From a virus (lineage: Duplodnaviria > Caudoviricetes): a stretch of DNA of 55,954 nucleotides. The stretch covers positions 1-55,954 of IMG/VR virus record IMGVR_UViG_3300032261_000007. The stretch is one strand, 5' to 3'. The notes beneath the pieces were generated by a model, which saw only the letters and a list, made by a program, of their open reading frames with translations, was not told where the DNA came from and ran no database searches. Of the stretch, positions 54,928-55,954 are shown in pieces. Every line of letters begins with the position of its first letter. Within the stretch, counting starts at the first letter, position 1. The translations under genes were made by a program, and so were the position numbers.

Positions 54928-55003
54928 CCAACAAACCGAAGGAGCCAATCCTACAGATTGTCATGAAGACCCGGACTATAGCCCGACGCTTCCGCCCGCA
55001 CCA

Positions 55004-55396
55004 TCATGATTCGTTCTCTTTCTCGATTCGTTCCCGCCGCTTGGCCGCGGCAAAAGCCGCGTTCTGCAGATTGATCCAGTGCATCAGCGGAGCAACCACC
55101 ACCTGCGGCACAGCCTTCGATTCACCGTTCGGCCAACACCCATAGATCGCCTTGAACTTGGCGCTGGCATAGCCGGGCTTGTAACCCTTCTGCTCCGCGT
55201 ACCACGCCAACCGGGCGAAGGTCAGCGTGCGGGCATCGTGTTCGGGTATGCCGTCAAAGTCCGCGGTCGCCATCCACCATTTGAGCTTGCGCTGGACCCG
55301 GACCGCAAACGCCCCGCAGTTGGAGCAGCGCAGTCGGCCGCGCGGGCGCTTCTCAATCGTCCGTCTCCGACCGCACGACGCGCAGGTGACCAACAT
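55004..55396 (-). CDS. Zn-ribbon protein with a phage-helicase C-terminal-like domain
   Basis: CASC..CSNC; YA..KGYKPG.A..KFK..YG.WP. Confidence 0.55.
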   Translation of the reverse strand: MLVTCASCGRRRTIEKRPRGRLRCSNCGAFAVRVQRKLKWWMATADFDGIPEHDARTLTFARLAWYAEQKGYKPGYASAKFKAIYGCWPNGESKAVPQVVVAPLMHWINLQNAAFAAAKRRERIEKENES

Positions 55397-55583
55397 TGAC
55401 CGGCTCTTTCCGACGTGCGACCGCCCCTCGATAGTCCCGAGCGATCGCTTCCAAGACTTGGATGTGGTGGAACGAGGCTTCGACCTTGAAGGCTTTCACG
55501 CCGTGACTGTCGTTCTGCCACCACTGCCGCAGCGCAAGCTCGTGCTCGATCGCTGCTAGCTTGTCTTCAAAGCTGAAGCTCAT
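55353..55583 (-). CDS. Hypothetical protein
   Basis: GAGGA before MSFSFEDK. Confidence 0.55.
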   Translation of the reverse strand: MSFSFEDKLAAIEHELALRQWWQNDSHGVKAFKVEASFHHIQVLEAIARDYRGAVARRKEPVNVGHLRVVRSETDD

Positions 55584-55749
55584 GCTGATCCTCGACCTGC
55601 GCTTGCGCTTCTTCCTCACGCACGACCCGGCACAATTCGGTCTGCAGGATGGCGACGTTCTTGCGGTCTCCCGGGCTGCGCTCGTGCCCGAACGTCTTCA
55701 ATGCCAGCGCCAGATTGCGCGCCACGGTAGCGACTTGCTGATCACTCAT
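55567..55749 (-). CDS. Hypothetical protein
   Basis: AAGGAG SD before MSDQQ. Confidence 0.55.
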   Translation of the reverse strand: MSDQQVATVARNLALALKTFGHERSPGDRKNVAILQTELCRVVREEEAQAQVEDQHELQL

Positions 55750-55954
55750 TTGACCGGCTCCTTGGTTGGTTGCATGCTTATCCGGTTGTTACCCACTATT
55801 CCTCCTGTGCATGGCCAAATCCCCCAAGACGCTGTCTCGGCCTTTTCTTCAACGGGTCGCGCCGTTTTTCATCAGGGTGTCGGCGAGATGTTCTTGGGCC
55901 TCTATAATCATGCCCGCCTCAATTAGTGCGATTGCTTTCTTGATCGCATCCCGC

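Overview
A GC-rich (roughly 60-65% by eye) segment of a tailed phage or prophage with a contractile tail. The host is probably an alphaproteobacterium (Rhizobiales-like), inferred from promoter and boxA signatures. From about 43.3 kb down to position 1 the minus strand carries a near-complete virion module: TerS candidate, NusG-family factor, TerL, a block of small membrane/secreted genes, portal, XkdF-like head protease, MuF head protein, scaffold, cement, major capsid, about 8 kb of accessory decoration/fibre genes, neck, sheath, tube, frameshifted tail chaperone, a two-domain cell-wall hydrolase, tape measure, baseplate and tail fibres (the last is cut by the window edge). Divergent promoters at about 49.1-49.2 kb drive a leftward accessory arm and a rightward early arm of many tiny genes. 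No integrase, replication enzyme or canonical endolysin-holin pair was recognised. The strongest leads are four. (1) A head-linked toxin module: protease -> predicted +1 frameshift (CCC_TTT_CGA) -> MuF fused to a RelA/SpoT-like synthetase domain, with a convergent overlapping candidate immunity gene. (2) About 840 nt of densely base-paired non-coding sequence with an embedded atypical tRNA-Glu and a second cloverleaf (GOLLD-like or new), plus a separate ~340-nt structured leader RNA. (3) Three covarying stem-loops that each begin at a stop codon between early genes. (4) A DnaA-box cluster inside the head operon and a boxB-boxA leader in a phage encoding its own NusG paralog. All family assignments are from motif recognition by eye; no searches were run.
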